From the NCBI GenBank assembly GCA_015484945.1, contig WFUO01000060.1, positions 2,536 through 66,535 of the forward strand: a stretch of 64,000 nucleotides of DNA. The letters run 5' to 3'. Each line of letters opens with the position of its first letter. Position 1 is the first letter of the stretch. Shown here in pieces: positions 32,229 to 43,750 of this stretch. Below the pieces are notes generated by a model, which searched no databases, had not been told where the DNA came from, and saw only the letters and a program-made list of their open reading frames with translations. Both the position numbers and the translations under genes were made by a program. The stretch comes from Gammaproteobacteria bacterium. Its GTDB lineage: Bacteria; Pseudomonadota; Gammaproteobacteria; WFUO01.

Positions 32229-34721
32229 ATGTCAGATGTGACCGTAAAACAGTTTTCAGATGTGGTCGGGGTACCGGTGGACCGGCTCCTGAGCCAGTTG
32301 AGTGAGGCCGGAATCGAGGTGGCGGGCCCCGATGATACGATCACTGATGATGAAAAAATGACATTGCTCGAATACCTGCGCAAGAGTCATGGCAAACAGA
32401 GCGAGGCCGAGATCACGACCCCCCGTCAGATTACACTGCGCCGCAAGAGCCGCAAGGTTCTCAAGGTTGGCAGCGGACAGCGCAGCAGTTCGGGCAGAAC
32501 CGTCAATGTAGAGATTCGCAAGAAACGCACCTATGTGAAACGCAGCGTGCTCGATGAGGAACGTCAGCGCCAGGAGGCCGAGGAGAAGGCGCGCCTTGAG
32601 GCCGAGCGCAAGGCTGCCGAAGAAAAGGCGCGTGAAGAAGAACAGCGCCGTGCCGCCGAAGAGGAACAGGCACGTCAGGAGGCTGAGGAAAAAGCGCGCC
32701 GCGAGGCCGAGGAAAAGGCGCGAGAGGAAGCCGAACGACTGCGCCAGGAAGCCATTCAGCAGGCCGCGGCCCAGCCAGTGCCAGACAAGGAGCCGCGCAA
32801 GGCAGAGAAGAAGGACAAGCACAAGGAGAAGACCACCCGTTACGGACGCCAGGAGCTGCATGTCTCTGGTGACAAGAGTGGCCGCCGGCGTAAAAAGGGC
32901 AAGGTCCGCAGCCGTGGCGCAGCGTCCGGTGACAGCAGTCATGCCTTCGAAAAACCCACCGCGCCGATCGTGCGCGAGGTAACGATTCCCGAATCACTGA
33001 CTGTGGCCGAACTGGCGCAAAAGATGTCGGTCAAGGCGGCCGAGGTCATCAAGGTCATGATGAACCTGGGGTCCATGGTCACCATCAATCAGGTCATCGA
33101 TCAGGAGACTGCAGCGATCGTGGTCGAGGAAATGGGCCACAAGGTCAAACTGCTCAAGGAAAATGCCATCGAGGAGGAGATCACCCTCCAGGAACAGGGA
33201 GAATACGAGCTCAAGCCACGCGCGCCGGTGGTCACCATCATGGGGCATGTCGATCATGGCAAGACCTCGTTGCTTGATTACATTCGCAAGAGTCATGTAA
33301 CGGCCAGCGAGGCCGGTGGCATCACACAGCACATCGGCGCCTATCATGTGGATACCGACAAGGGAATGATCACCTTTCTGGATACGCCCGGACATGCGGC
33401 CTTTACCGCCATGCGCGCGCGCGGCGCCAAGGCGACGGACATCGTGGTGCTGGTCGTGGCCGCCGATGATGGTGTCATGCCGCAGACGAAGGAGGCCATT
33501 CAGCATGCGCGCGCGGCCGATGTGCCGATCGTCGTCGCGGTCAACAAGATCGACAAGCCCGAGGCACAGCCAGACAAGGTCAAACAGGAGCTGGTGGCCG
33601 AGGAAGTGGTTCCCGAAGACTGGGGCGGTGACATCATGTTCGTCAACGTCTCCGCGCATACTGGTGAGGGCGTGGATGAACTGCTCGACGCCATCCTTCT
33701 GCAGGCCGAGGTGCTGGAGCTCAAGGCGCCGGTCGATGGGCCTGCCCGTGGCATCGTCATTGAATCACGTCTCGACAAAGGGCGCGGTCCCGTGGCATCC
33801 ATCCTGGTCCAGGCCGGCACCCTGCACAAGGGCGATGTTTTGCTCACCGGTCAGGAATATGGCCGGGTGCGCGCCATGCTGGATGAGAACGGCAAACAGA
33901 TTACCGAAGCCGGGCCATCGATTCCGGTAGAGGTATTGGGCCTTTCAGGTACCCCGAATGCCGGTGACGAAGCAATGGTGGTCAAGGATGAGCGCAAGGC
34001 GCGTGAAGTGGCTAATTTCCGTCAGGGCAAGTTCCGTGAAACCAAGCTGCAGCGCCAGCAGGCGGCCAAACTCGAGAATATGTTCGCGCAGATGCAGGAG
34101 GGTAACGTGCATACCCTCAACGTGCTGATCAAGGCCGATGTTCAGGGTTCGGTGGAGGCGTTGACCGAGTCTCTGGCCAAGCTTTCCACCGACGAGGTGC
34201 GCGTCAATATTGTCGCCAGCGGTGTTGGCGGCATTACCGAGTCGGATGTCAACCTTGCGGTCGCTTCGAGCGCCATCATCATTGGTTTCAACGTACGCGC
34301 CGATGCCGCGGCCAAGCGCCTGATCGAGGAAGAAGGTGTTGATCTGCACTACTACAGCGTGATCTACGATGCCATCGACGAGGTCAAGGCTGCCATGAGC
34401 GGCATGTTGGCGCCGGAGTTCAAGGAAGAGATCATTGGTCTGGCCGAGGTGCGCGATGTATTTCGTTCACCGAAGATGGGTGCCATTGCGGGTTGTCTGG
34501 TCGTCGAGGGTGTCGTCAAGCGCAACAATCCGATCCGTGTGCTGCGTGACAATGTCGTCATCTACGAGGGTGAGCTGGAATCGTTGCGCCGTTTCAAGGA
34601 AGACGTCAACGAGGTCAAGGCCGGTATCGAATGTGGTATCGGTGTGAAAAACTACAATGACGTCAAGGTTGGCGACCAGATTGAGGTCTATGAGAAGGTC
34701 GAGGTCAAGCGCGAACTCTGA
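32229..34721 (+). CDS. infB: Translation initiation factor IF-2
   Basis: [30 protein letters not shown] and NKID. Confidence 0.98.
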   Translation: MSDVTVKQFSDVVGVPVDRLLSQLSEAGIEVAGPDDTITDDEKMTLLEYLRKSHGKQSEAEITTPRQITLRRKSRKVLKVGSGQRSSSGRTVNVEIRKKRTYVKRSVLDEERQRQEAEEKARLEAERKAAEEKAREEEQRRAAEEEQARQEAEEKARREAEEKAREEAERLRQEAIQQAAAQPVPDKEPRKAEKKDKHKEKTTRYGRQELHVSGDKSGRRRKKGKVRSRGAASGDSSHAFEKPTAPIVREVTIPESLTVAELAQKMSVKAAEVIKVMMNLGSMVTINQVIDQETAAIVVEEMGHKVKLLKENAIEEEITLQEQGEYELKPRAPVVTIMGHVDHGKTSLLDYIRKSHVTASEAGGITQHIGAYHVDTDKGMITFLDTPGHAAFTAMRARGAKATDIVVLVVAADDGVMPQTKEAIQHARAADVPIVVAVNKIDKPEAQPDKVKQELVAEEVVPEDWGGDIMFVNVSAHTGEGVDELLDAILLQAEVLELKAPVDGPARGIVIESRLDKGRGPVASILVQAGTLHKGDVLLTGQEYGRVRAMLDENGKQITEAGPSIPVEVLGLSGTPNAGDEAMVVKDERKAREVANFRQGKFRETKLQRQQAAKLENMFAQMQEGNVHTLNVLIKADVQGSVEALTESLAKLSTDEVRVNIVASGVGGITESDVNLAVASSAIIIGFNVRADAAAKRLIEEEGVDLHYYSVIYDAIDEVKAAMSGMLAPEFKEEIIGLAEVRDVFRSPKMGAIAGCLVVEGVVKRNNPIRVLRDNVVIYEGELESLRRFKEDVNEVKAGIECGIGVKNYNDVKVGDQIEVYEKVEVKREL

Positions 34722-34770
34722 TCCGGCATCCGGACCGGCCATTGTCATGCCTCACAGGTAACATAAACAG

Positions 34771-35160
34771 ATGCCCCAGCAAAGCAGCCGCAGCCGTCGC
34801 GTCGGTGAACAGATCAAGCGTGAGCTGGCCTTGCTCATTCATGACGAGGTCAAGGATCCGCGCGTGCGTATGGTGACCGTCAATGCTGTCGAGGTGAGCC
34901 GTGATTTCACTCACGCGCGCGTGTATGTCACATCGCTGGTTCCCGAACAGGAAAGAGACGATCTGCTCGAGGGGCTGCACAAGGCTGCTGGATTCCTGCG
35001 CCGTGAACTGGGGCGCAGGATCTTTCTGCGCACCATACCGCAATTGCATTTTCACTATGACACATCGATCGACAACGGTGCGCGCATGTCGGCCCTGATC
35101 AACGAGGCCGTGGCTTCCGACCGCGCCCGTCATGCCGATGACGAAGACGATGTTTCCTGA
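34771..35160 (+). CDS. rbfA: Ribosome-binding factor A
   Basis: RSRRVGEQIKRELA, KDPR, VEVSRD and PQLHFHYD. Confidence 0.96.
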   Translation: MPQQSSRSRRVGEQIKRELALLIHDEVKDPRVRMVTVNAVEVSRDFTHARVYVTSLVPEQERDDLLEGLHKAAGFLRRELGRRIFLRTIPQLHFHYDTSIDNGARMSALINEAVASDRARHADDEDDVS

Positions 35161-35172
35161 ACGGGTAGATCC

Positions 35173-36090
35173 ATGGGCCGACGCAACAAGCATCTGAAGG
35201 ACATTACCGGTATCGTATTACTCGACAAGCCCGCCGGGTTGAGCTCGAATGCCGCCCTGCAACGTGTCAAACAGCTCTATCAGGCGCGCAAGGCAGGACA
35301 TACCGGCAGTCTCGACCCGCTGGCCACCGGCATGCTGCCGATCTGCCTGGGTGAGGCGACCAAGGTTTCCGCCTTTCTGCTGGATGCCGACAAGCGCTAC
35401 CGTGTGCGCTGTCGCCTCGGCGTCACCACCACGACCGCCGATGCCGAGGGCGAGGTGCTTGACACCCGTCCGGTGCCCGAACTGGATGATGCCCGTATCG
35501 AGGCCGCGCTGGCCGGTTTCCGGGGCGAGATAGAGCAGACACCGCCAATGCATTCGGCGATCAAGCACAAGGGGCAGCGACTCTACAATCTGGCCCGCCA
35601 GGGCATCGAGGTGGAGCGTGAGAAACGCCGCGTAATCATTCATGAGTTGAAACTGCTGGGGCATGACGAACACAGCCTTGAGCTCGAGGTGGCCTGCTCC
35701 AAGGGCACTTACGTCCGAACCCTGGCTGAGGAGATCGGCGAGGCGCTGGGCTGTGGCGCCCACGTGGAAGCGCTGCGCCGCCTGGCAGTGGGGCCGTTTG
35801 CCGATGGACAGGCCATGGTCACGCTGGCGCAGTTGGAAACCCTGGCCGAACAGGATGGCGAGAGCCTGCAGGACTGCCTGCTGCCGGTCGATGCCGCATT
35901 GGCCGACTGGCCGGAGGTGCGGCTCGATCGGGATTCAGCGTGGTATCTGCGTCAGGGGCAAGCCGTACTGGTGCCCAGGGCGCCTGTGAGCGGCATGCTG
36001 CGCCTGTATGAAGAAGGTGGCGTCTTCATTGGTGTAGGCAGCGTGCAGTCCGACGGCCGGGTGGCGCCAAAACGCCTGTTCAAGTGCTGA
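35173..36090 (+). CDS. truB: tRNA pseudouridine(55) synthase
   Basis: [25 protein letters not shown] and [10 protein letters not shown]. Confidence 0.97.
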   Translation: MGRRNKHLKDITGIVLLDKPAGLSSNAALQRVKQLYQARKAGHTGSLDPLATGMLPICLGEATKVSAFLLDADKRYRVRCRLGVTTTTADAEGEVLDTRPVPELDDARIEAALAGFRGEIEQTPPMHSAIKHKGQRLYNLARQGIEVEREKRRVIIHELKLLGHDEHSLELEVACSKGTYVRTLAEEIGEALGCGAHVEALRRLAVGPFADGQAMVTLAQLETLAEQDGESLQDCLLPVDAALADWPEVRLDRDSAWYLRQGQAVLVPRAPVSGMLRLYEEGGVFIGVGSVQSDGRVAPKRLFKC

Positions 36091-36118
36091 AAAGCGCGGT
36101 ATCCGGGGTGATTCGCGC

Positions 36119-36147
36119 TTGTGACGCGCGCCTTGGGCGGGTACAAT
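36119..36147 (+). promoter_or_regulatory. Sigma-70 promoter for rpsO-pnp
   Basis: TTGTGA-N17-TACAAT. Confidence 0.6.
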
Positions 36148-36187
36148 ATGCCGCCGATATTGCTAACATCATCAGGAGTTTATCCAC

Positions 36188-36457
36188 ATGTCACTGAGTG
36201 CAGAACAGAAGAGCGCGGTCGTCAAGGAATACCAGCTCTCGGCAACCGACACCGGTTCCCCGGAAGTCCAGGTTGCGTTACTGACCACGAACATCAATCA
36301 TCTGACTTCTCATTTCAATCAGCACAAGCATGACCACCATTCGCGTCGTGGTCTGTTGCGGATGATCAACCAGCGCCGCAAGCTGCTCGACTACCTGAAG
36401 AAGAAAGACGAGGATCGCTACAAGAGCCTGATCAAGCGTCTTGGTTTGCGCCGTTAA
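36188..36457 (+). CDS. rpsO: 30S ribosomal protein S15
   Basis: [25 protein letters not shown] and LGLRR. Confidence 0.98.
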   Translation: MSLSAEQKSAVVKEYQLSATDTGSPEVQVALLTTNINHLTSHFNQHKHDHHSRRGLLRMINQRRKLLDYLKKKDEDRYKSLIKRLGLRR

Positions 36458-36487
36458 TTGACACTGAACATCTGCAAGGAAAAATCC

Positions 36488-38575
36488 GTGGGCCCATCAC
36501 CTATCAAGAAAGAATTTCAGTTCGGCGACCACAAGGTGGTTCTCGAAACCGGAGAGATCGCGCGTCAGGCAAGTGGCGCGGTTGTGGTCAATATGTCCGA
36601 TACCGTCGTACTGGTTACGGCGGTTGGCAAGAAGGAGGCCGTCGAGGGGCGCGACTTCTTCCCGCTGACGATCGACTATCAGGAGAAGACCTATGCCGCC
36701 GGCAAGATTCCGGGTGGCTTTTTCCGCCGCGAAGGCCGGCCGAGCGAAAAGGAAACCCTGACCTCGCGCCTGATCGACCGTCCGCTGCGCCCACTGTTCC
36801 CCAAGGGCTTCACCAACGAGGTGCAGGTCATCGCCACGGTCATTTCCCTGAACAAGGAAGTCGATCCAGAGATTCCCGCGCTGTTGGGCGCCTCGGCTGC
36901 GCTGTCGATTTCGGGCATACCGTTCAATGGCCCGGTTGGCGCTGCGCGGGTAGGTTATATCGATGGTGAATATGTCCTCAATCCCACAGCTTCACAGATC
37001 GCCCGCTCCGATCTCGATCTGACCGTCGCCGGCACCGAACATGCAGTCCTGATGGTGGAATCGGAGGCCAATCAGCTTCCGGAAGACGTGATGCTGGGCG
37101 CCGTTCTGTTTGGTCACGAACAGAGCAAGGTGGCGATCGAGGCGATTCGTGAACTGGCTGCCGAGGCCGGCAAGCCGGCCTGGGACTGGCAACCGCCGGA
37201 GAAGGACGAGGCGCTGATCGATGCGGTACGCGAGGTCTGTGGCGAGCAGCTCGAGGCTGCCTACCAGATCGCCGAGAAGCTGGAACGTCAGGACAAGGTC
37301 GCCGAGGCGCGCAAGCTGGCGGTCGAGAAACTGGCCGGAGAAGACGCACAGTATGACGAAGAGGCCGTGCTCGGCGCCTTTGGCACCCTGGAAAAACAGA
37401 TCGTTCGCGGACGTATCCTGGCTGGCTATCCGCGCATCGATGGCCGCGATACCCGCACCGTGCGTCCACTGTACATCCGCACCGGGCTGTTGCCGCGCAC
37501 GCATGGCTCTGCCCTGTTTACACGCGGTGAAACCCAGGCCCTGGCTATCACCACACTGGGCACCAGCCGCGATGCGCAAATCATCGATGCGCTTGAAGGT
37601 GAACGCAAGGAAACCTTCATGCTGCACTACAATTTCCCGCCCTACTGCGTCAACGAGACCGGCCGGGTAGGCAGCCCCAAGCGGCGTGAGATCGGTCATG
37701 GCCGTCTTGCCCGCCGTGGCGTGCAGGCCGTGCTGCCGAGCTATGACGAATTCCCCTATGTGATTCGCGTGGTGTCCGAGATCACCGAATCGAACGGTTC
37801 CAGCTCCATGGCCAGTGTTTGTGGTACCAGCCTGTCGCTGATGGACGCCGGCGTACCGCTCAAGGCACCGGTTGCCGGTGTCGCCATGGGTCTGATCAAG
37901 GACGAGGACAAGTTTGCCGTTCTTACCGACATCATGGGCGACGAGGATCATCTCGGGGATATGGATTTCAAGGTCGCCGGCACCGAAAAGGGCGTCAACG
38001 CCTTGCAGATGGATATCAAGATCGAGGGTATTACGCGCGAGATCATGGAAGTCGCACTGGCACAGGCCAGGGAGGCCCGTCTGCACATTCTTGGCGAGAT
38101 GAACAAGGTTATCTCCGAAGGCCGTGCCGAGATGTCCGAGCATGCCCCGAGCATCATCAGTTTCAAGATCAATCCCGAGAAGATCCGTGATGTCATCGGC
38201 AAGGGTGGTGCCACGATTCGTTCGATCACCGACGAGACCGGTGCCAGTATCGATATCAACGATGATGGTGAGGTCAAGATCTTCAGCGTTGACAAGGCCG
38301 CCGGCGAAGAGGCGCGCAAGCGCGTCGAACTGATCACCGCGGATGTCGAAGTCGGCAAGATCTATGAAGGCAAGGTCGCCAAGTTGATGGATTTCGGTGC
38401 CTTTGTCACCATCCTGCCGGGCAAGGACGGCCTCGTGCACATCTCCCAGATCAGCGACGAACGCGTCGAAAAGGTCAGTGACAAGCTGTCCGAGGGTGAT
38501 GTCATCAAGGTCAAGGTTCTGGAGGTGGACAAACAAGGCCGCATTCGCCTCAGCATGAAAGCGGTGGGTGAATGA
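36488..38575 (+). CDS. pnp: Polyribonucleotide nucleotidyltransferase (PNPase)
   Basis: GTG at 36488 after AAGGA; [28 protein letters not shown] and DHLGDMDFK; KH and S1 domains. Confidence 0.98.
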   Translation: MGPSPIKKEFQFGDHKVVLETGEIARQASGAVVVNMSDTVVLVTAVGKKEAVEGRDFFPLTIDYQEKTYAAGKIPGGFFRREGRPSEKETLTSRLIDRPLRPLFPKGFTNEVQVIATVISLNKEVDPEIPALLGASAALSISGIPFNGPVGAARVGYIDGEYVLNPTASQIARSDLDLTVAGTEHAVLMVESEANQLPEDVMLGAVLFGHEQSKVAIEAIRELAAEAGKPAWDWQPPEKDEALIDAVREVCGEQLEAAYQIAEKLERQDKVAEARKLAVEKLAGEDAQYDEEAVLGAFGTLEKQIVRGRILAGYPRIDGRDTRTVRPLYIRTGLLPRTHGSALFTRGETQALAITTLGTSRDAQIIDALEGERKETFMLHYNFPPYCVNETGRVGSPKRREIGHGRLARRGVQAVLPSYDEFPYVIRVVSEITESNGSSSMASVCGTSLSLMDAGVPLKAPVAGVAMGLIKDEDKFAVLTDIMGDEDHLGDMDFKVAGTEKGVNALQMDIKIEGITREIMEVALAQAREARLHILGEMNKVISEGRAEMSEHAPSIISFKINPEKIRDVIGKGGATIRSITDETGASIDINDDGEVKIFSVDKAAGEEARKRVELITADVEVGKIYEGKVAKLMDFGAFVTILPGKDGLVHISQISDERVEKVSDKLSEGDVIKVKVLEVDKQGRIRLSMKAVGE

Positions 38576-38600
38576 TTTGTCAGAATGGCTGACATCTGCT

Positions 38601-38628
38601 AGAAAGGGGTCTTCGGACCCCTTTTCTT
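38601..38628 (+). terminator. Rho-independent terminator after pnp
   Basis: AAAGGGGTC-TTCG-GACCCCTTT stem-loop followed by TCTT. Confidence 0.85.
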
Positions 38629-38645
38629 GTCCTGGGAGACAGATC

Positions 38646-39215
38646 ATGCGTCGATTGCTCGTGCTGTTGAGTGTGTTTTTGCTGACGGGTTGTCTGGGTC
38701 AGAGCGTCAATCCTGTGAGCCCGGCCTCGCTCGCCGAAATGGACAGACGTCTGACCGGAAGCTGGAGAATGAGGGGTATCGACAAGGCAACCGGCAGGGT
38801 CAAGGGCATTCTTTGGTTGCATATCGGTCCCAGGTACAGCGAGCAGCCCTATCTGCAGGGGGTGATGCTGTCTTTCGAGCGTGGGGTGATGAAAGTGAGC
38901 CAATACCTGTTGCATACGAGCAGGGTTGGTAACATATATTTCCTGAATATCAAGAGCGTGGTCGATGGAAAACCCTCTGACCACTACATGATCATGAGAT
39001 ATACAATCGATGACAGGGGCTTGAGTCTGTATTTTCCCCTGCAACGTAAACTACGCGCGCTCATCGAGTCTGGCAGGCTGAAGGGGGTCGTCAAGGGCAG
39101 CTTCTCCAGCGTGACGTTGACCGATACCTCCGAGCAACTGGCCAGAGTGCTGTCCAGGAGTGCTGACGAGATATTCGACAGCCGGGCATTTGGTCCGTTT
39201 CAGCGTATCAGGTAG
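38646..39215 (+). CDS. Hypothetical lipoprotein
   Basis: SD GGGAG; ATG at 38646; signal peptide MRRLLVLLSVFLLTG|C (lipobox); beta-rich mature region with no recognised family. Confidence 0.75.
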   Translation: MRRLLVLLSVFLLTGCLGQSVNPVSPASLAEMDRRLTGSWRMRGIDKATGRVKGILWLHIGPRYSEQPYLQGVMLSFERGVMKVSQYLLHTSRVGNIYFLNIKSVVDGKPSDHYMIMRYTIDDRGLSLYFPLQRKLRALIESGRLKGVVKGSFSSVTLTDTSEQLARVLSRSADEIFDSRAFGPFQRIR

Positions 39216-39230
39216 TTATTCCTGCGCTGT

Positions 39231-40214
39231 CTAACCTGTTTGCGTATTCGCCACACAACATTGCTCGATCTCTTCCGGGATCCGCGATTCCAGCCAGTAA
39301 CGTGGACGCAGCAGGCCGGCCGATTCGACGAATCCCACATGGCCACCACTGTCCGACAGCTCCAATGTGACGACATCCGACAATTCGTCTGCATCGGGAA
39401 TCGCGTCCGGGTACATGAAGGGGTCGTTACGGGCATGAATCAGCAGCAGTGGGGTCGTGACACGGCGCAGATATTGCCTGGCCGAGCAATGCGCGTAGTA
39501 GTTCTCAACATCGGTGAACCCGTGCACCGGGGCCGTGTAGGTATCGTCAAACTCGAACAGGTCACGCGCTCGCCGGAGACGATCGCGGTCGAACCCAGCC
39601 GGAATATCGCGGTGCTTGGCGAGCACGGTAGATACCATGCGGCGTATCAGTGAGCGTTGATAGATGCGCGAGAAGCCGTGCCGGAGCCGTTCCGCGCACT
39701 TGTGGAGTTCGTAAGGTGTGGATACCGCGATGGCAGCGCATAGCGGCAATGGCTTTTCATGATCACTGAGCCATTTGATCAGGACGCTGCCACCGAGTGA
39801 GATACCGACCACGGCGATCGGCACATCCGGCTCGTCGAGTCGTATTTTCTGAAACACCGTTTCGACATCCGTGGTGTCACAGGCATGGTAGCGGCGGGGC
39901 AGGCGGTTGGGTTCGCCACTGCAGCCGCGAAAGTGCATGACCACGGCACGCCAGCCCCGTTTTCTGAACGCATGCAACAGGCCGGCGGCATATCGTGAGC
40001 GGCTGGAGCCTTCAAGACCATGCAGCAGCAACACCAAAGGTGACGATGCGGTGCCGTCCAGCCAGTCCAGATCGATGAAGTCGCCATCCTGAAGCTCGAT
40101 GCGTTCCCTGCGCAGAGGGGGTGGCTGGATCCGGCGCAACTGCCCGGCCCACAGGGTCTGCAAATGAGCGCCGGGCAGCCACCAGGCGGGTCGAAAACGG
40201 CTGCGGACGATCAC
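39231..40214 (-). CDS. yheT: YheT-family alpha/beta hydrolase
   Basis: [33 protein letters not shown] nucleophile, NDPF and GGHVGF. Confidence 0.88.
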   Translation of the reverse strand: MIVRSRFRPAWWLPGAHLQTLWAGQLRRIQPPPLRRERIELQDGDFIDLDWLDGTASSPLVLLLHGLEGSSRSRYAAGLLHAFRKRGWRAVVMHFRGCSGEPNRLPRRYHACDTTDVETVFQKIRLDEPDVPIAVVGISLGGSVLIKWLSDHEKPLPLCAAIAVSTPYELHKCAERLRHGFSRIYQRSLIRRMVSTVLAKHRDIPAGFDRDRLRRARDLFEFDDTYTAPVHGFTDVENYYAHCSARQYLRRVTTPLLLIHARNDPFMYPDAIPDADELSDVVTLELSDSGGHVGFVESAGLLRPRYWLESRIPEEIEQCCVANTQTG

Positions 40215-42190
40215 GCGCGGTTTTCTGGTTCGATCCGGTTTTCCAGCAGGTGTTCGACCACCGAGGGATCGGCCAGGGTAGATGTATCGCCAAGATCGTC
40301 AACATCGCCAGCGGCGATCTTGCGCAGGATACGGCGCATGATCTTGCCAGAGCGTGTCTTGGGCAGGCCAGGCGCATACTGAATCACATCCGGTGTGGCG
40401 ATGGGACCGATCTCGTTGCGCACGTGCTGGATCAGTTCCCTGTGCAGTTCGTCACTGTCCTCGATACCCGCCATCAGCGTTACGAAGGCATAGATACCCT
40501 GGCCCTTGATCGCATGCGAATAGCCAACCACAGCGGCCTCGGCCACCGACGGATGCAATACCAGCGCGCTCTCGATTTCTGCCGTACCAAGACGATGCCC
40601 GGACACATTGAGTACATCATCGACGCGTCCGGTGATCCAGTAGTAGCCATCGGCATCCCGTCTTGCGCCATCACCGGTGAAATACATCCCGGGCCAGGCA
40701 CTGAAATAGGTGTCGATGAAACGCTGGTGGTCACCATACACGGTACGCATCTGGCCGGGCCATGAGCGCAACATCACCAGGTTGCCGGTACATTCGCCTT
40801 CCAGCAAGCGGCCGTCGTCATCGACGATACCCGGTTCGACGCCGAAGAAGGGCAGGCTGGCCGAACCGGGCTTCATGTCCACCGCACCTGGCAACCCCGT
40901 GATCAGATGCCCACCGGTCTCGGTCTGCCACCAGGTATCCACGATCGGACAACGTCCGTCGCCGACCACATGATAATACCATTCCCAGGCTTCCGGGTTG
41001 ATTGGTTCGCCTACGGTGCCGAGCAGACGCAAAGACTTGCGCGAGGTCTTCTTGACTGGTGTGTCGCCCTCACGCATCAACGCGCGTATCGCTGTGGGTG
41101 CGGTATAGAAGGTGGCGACATCGTGCTTGTCACAGACTTGCCAGAAGCGCGAGGCATCGGGCCAGGTGGGAATGCCTTCGAACATCAGTGTGATGGCACC
41201 ATTGGCCAGCGGACCATAGATGATATAGGTGTGCCCGGTGATCCAACCGACATCGGCCGTGCACCAATAGACCTCGCCATCCTTGTAATCGAACACATAC
41301 TTGTGGGTGATGGCGGCGTACAACAGGTAGCCTGCGGTCGTATGCAACACACCCTTGGGCTTCCCGGTAGAGCCCGAGGTGTACAGAATGAACAGCGGGT
41401 CTTCGGCATCCATGATCTCGGGCGGACAATCGGCCGATACGGTGGCCATGGCCTCGTGATACCAGACATCGCGCTCCGCATGCCAGTCGATTTCGCCGCC
41501 GGTGTGTCGTACGGTCAGAACGGTATGCACATTTGGGCATTCGGCCACGGCCTTGTCGGTGTTGGATTTCAGGGGAATATGGCGGCCGCCACGCACGCCC
41601 TGATCGGCAGTGATGATCACGCGGCAATCGGAGTCGAGGATCCGGTCCTTGAGCGATTCGGGCGAGAAACCGCCGAACACGACCGAATGCACGGCACCAA
41701 TACGAGCGCAGGCGAGCATGGCATAGGCGGCCTCTGGAATCATGGGCATATAGATGCATACCCGGTCACCCTTGCGCACGCCTCGTTCCTTGAGCACATT
41801 GGCCAGTTTGCAGACCTGTTCGTGCAATTCGCGATAGGTGATCTTCAGATCCTTGCCCGGATCGTCGGACTCCCAGATGATGGCGGTCTGGTCGCCGCGT
41901 GTTTTCAGGTGGCGGTCGATACAGTTGACCGTCACATTGATCTTGCCACCCTCGAACCAGCGAATATCGGCGGTGTTGAAATCCCAGTGCTGTACCCGGT
42001 CCCAGGTCTTTTCCCAGCTCAGAAACCTTTGCGCCTGTTCCGCCCAGAAGCCATCCGGATCCTCGATCGATCTCTGGTACATCTGCTGGTAGCGTGTCTG
42101 GTCGATGTGTGCCTGTTCGACAAAGGCGGGGGAGGGTGAATAGCGCTTTTCGGTCACGATTGTGTTCTCCTCACGGTAGCCGTTGGCCAT
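40211..42190 (-). CDS. acs: Acetyl-CoA synthetase
   Basis: [27 protein letters not shown] and [11 protein letters not shown]. Confidence 0.97.
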   Translation of the reverse strand: MANGYREENTIVTEKRYSPSPAFVEQAHIDQTRYQQMYQRSIEDPDGFWAEQAQRFLSWEKTWDRVQHWDFNTADIRWFEGGKINVTVNCIDRHLKTRGDQTAIIWESDDPGKDLKITYRELHEQVCKLANVLKERGVRKGDRVCIYMPMIPEAAYAMLACARIGAVHSVVFGGFSPESLKDRILDSDCRVIITADQGVRGGRHIPLKSNTDKAVAECPNVHTVLTVRHTGGEIDWHAERDVWYHEAMATVSADCPPEIMDAEDPLFILYTSGSTGKPKGVLHTTAGYLLYAAITHKYVFDYKDGEVYWCTADVGWITGHTYIIYGPLANGAITLMFEGIPTWPDASRFWQVCDKHDVATFYTAPTAIRALMREGDTPVKKTSRKSLRLLGTVGEPINPEAWEWYYHVVGDGRCPIVDTWWQTETGGHLITGLPGAVDMKPGSASLPFFGVEPGIVDDDGRLLEGECTGNLVMLRSWPGQMRTVYGDHQRFIDTYFSAWPGMYFTGDGARRDADGYYWITGRVDDVLNVSGHRLGTAEIESALVLHPSVAEAAVVGYSHAIKGQGIYAFVTLMAGIEDSDELHRELIQHVRNEIGPIATPDVIQYAPGLPKTRSGKIMRRILRKIAAGDVDDLGDTSTLADPSVVEHLLENRIEPENRA

Positions 42191-42278
42191 GGGCGGGACG
42201 CCGGTTTCGCCAGTGCATGGGTTGATCGGATTTTCCTATACTTTCCCAGCCGTTAGTCATTGTCAACCGTGCAACCGG

Positions 42279-42722
42279 TCAGCCGAAAAGGCGCTGCCAC
42301 CAGCGCCTGCGGCTGCCGGTTTGAGGAAGGGCATCCTGAAGGTCCACGGGAGGCAGCGTCGATACGATCCAGCCGGGTAGCGGTGGGTTGTCGCTGAATC
42401 CGCAGGTGACACCGAGGTTGTTGGGATCAAAGATCTTGATGAAGGAAGGCTTTTCCCGGTCATCAACATAGACGATGCCGCAGTAGTCCTCCTGGTGTTC
42501 AGCACGTAACAGCTTGTTGATTTCGTCGATGAAACGCAACAGATCCTCGCGTGAAGCCGGTTTGGCAGGAGGTGTCTCGCCGACCGCGTAGATATAGAAA
42601 TCGGCATGCCTGTCCTTTAGTGCCTGCCACAGGGCATCGAGCTGATGCCAGCGCAGGATACCGGTAAAGCTGCCGCGGAAGGCAGTGACAAAATCGCTGT
42701 TATGTTCAACCGGCTTTGGCAT
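42279..42722 (-). CDS. Hypothetical 147-aa protein with two Cys motifs
   Basis: ATG at 42722 overlaps the gluQ 3' end; globular-looking sequence with EDYCGIVY and DPNNLGVTCG; amphipathic RRRWWQRLFG tail. Confidence 0.75.
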   Translation of the reverse strand: MPKPVEHNSDFVTAFRGSFTGILRWHQLDALWQALKDRHADFYIYAVGETPPAKPASREDLLRFIDEINKLLRAEHQEDYCGIVYVDDREKPSFIKIFDPNNLGVTCGFSDNPPLPGWIVSTLPPVDLQDALPQTGSRRRWWQRLFG

Positions 42723-43644
42723 CGATGGGGGCTCCCATGGCTTGGCTGGTGACGGCGGGTATCCGGGTAATGTCCCAGTGATGTATGGCCCAGTGCCAGA
42801 TATCAGCAGTGTCAGCATGCATGAGTTCATCGGGGGGTTGCTGGCCAAGGAATTGCAAGGCATGAAACAGCTCCATGCCGGGCCGACGCAGATCCAGTGC
42901 TGCGGCACCGGTCTGTTTGCTAAGCTTTTGTCCCTGGCTGTTGACTACCACTGGCAAGTGCAGGTAACCGGGCGTTGGCAGGTCAAGAAGCCGTTGCAGG
43001 TAGATTTGTCGCGTGGTTGAGCCGAGCAGGTCCGTCCCGCGCACGACTTCAGTGATGCCCTGTTGCGCATCATCGACGACCACAGCCAACTGGTAGGCGA
43101 AAAGGCCATCTCCGCGGCGAACGACGAAGTCACCGACATCCCTTTCCAGATGCTGGGTACAGTTTCCCTGTAAGGCATCATCGAAGGTGATCTCGCTGTC
43201 ACACACCCGTACGCGGATCGCGCCACGTGTCAGGTCCGTGACCGTGTTCGCGCGGCATGTTCCGGGATAGATGAAGCCGTCAGGGCTATGGATGGCCGTC
43301 TGTCTCAGCTTGCTGCGGGTGCACAGGCAGGTGAAACAGTGTCCGGCATCGATCAGATTGCCCAATGCCTCGTGGTAGGCATCGAGCATGTGTGATTGCC
43401 AGCGGATATCGCCGTCCCATTCGAAGCCCAGCCGTTCCAGGCTCGCAAGGATGTCATCGGCTGCACCGGGCACGTTGCGGGGTTCATCGATATCCTCGAT
43501 ACGCACCAGCCATTCGCCATGCCGTACCCGCGCCTGAAGATAGCTGCCCACGGCAGCCACCAGTGAACCGAAGTGAAGTGGCCCGGTAGGTGATGGCGCG
43601 AATCGGCCACGATAGCGTGTGCTTGAGGTTTCCCGTGTCTTCAT
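42706..43644 (-). CDS. gluQ: Glutamyl-Q tRNA(Asp) synthetase
   Basis: YRGRFAPSPTGPLHFGS, zinc motif CLCTR, YQLAVVVDD and KLSKQ; no anticodon-binding domain; downstream of dksA (start 43644 or 43656). Confidence 0.95.
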   Translation of the reverse strand: MKTRETSSTRYRGRFAPSPTGPLHFGSLVAAVGSYLQARVRHGEWLVRIEDIDEPRNVPGAADDILASLERLGFEWDGDIRWQSHMLDAYHEALGNLIDAGHCFTCLCTRSKLRQTAIHSPDGFIYPGTCRANTVTDLTRGAIRVRVCDSEITFDDALQGNCTQHLERDVGDFVVRRGDGLFAYQLAVVVDDAQQGITEVVRGTDLLGSTTRQIYLQRLLDLPTPGYLHLPVVVNSQGQKLSKQTGAAALDLRRPGMELFHALQFLGQQPPDELMHADTADIWHWAIHHWDITRIPAVTSQAMGAPIDAKAG

Positions 43645-43750
43645 GATGGCCGGCATATACGTGACGGGATGCCAAAACGGCCCCGATAGCGGCAGTATGC
43701 ATGAAGCGGGCAGCCGGTCTCAAGTCCGGCCGGGGATATCCGTGTATGAT

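Noticed and set aside
32560-32760. Repetitive E/A/R/K-rich segment in infB
   Set aside because: This is the normal IF2 N-terminal linker.
42279-42722. Naming the two-Cys hypothetical protein DsrS
   Set aside because: It is too short and lacks the DsrS motifs I recall, so it is left as hypothetical.
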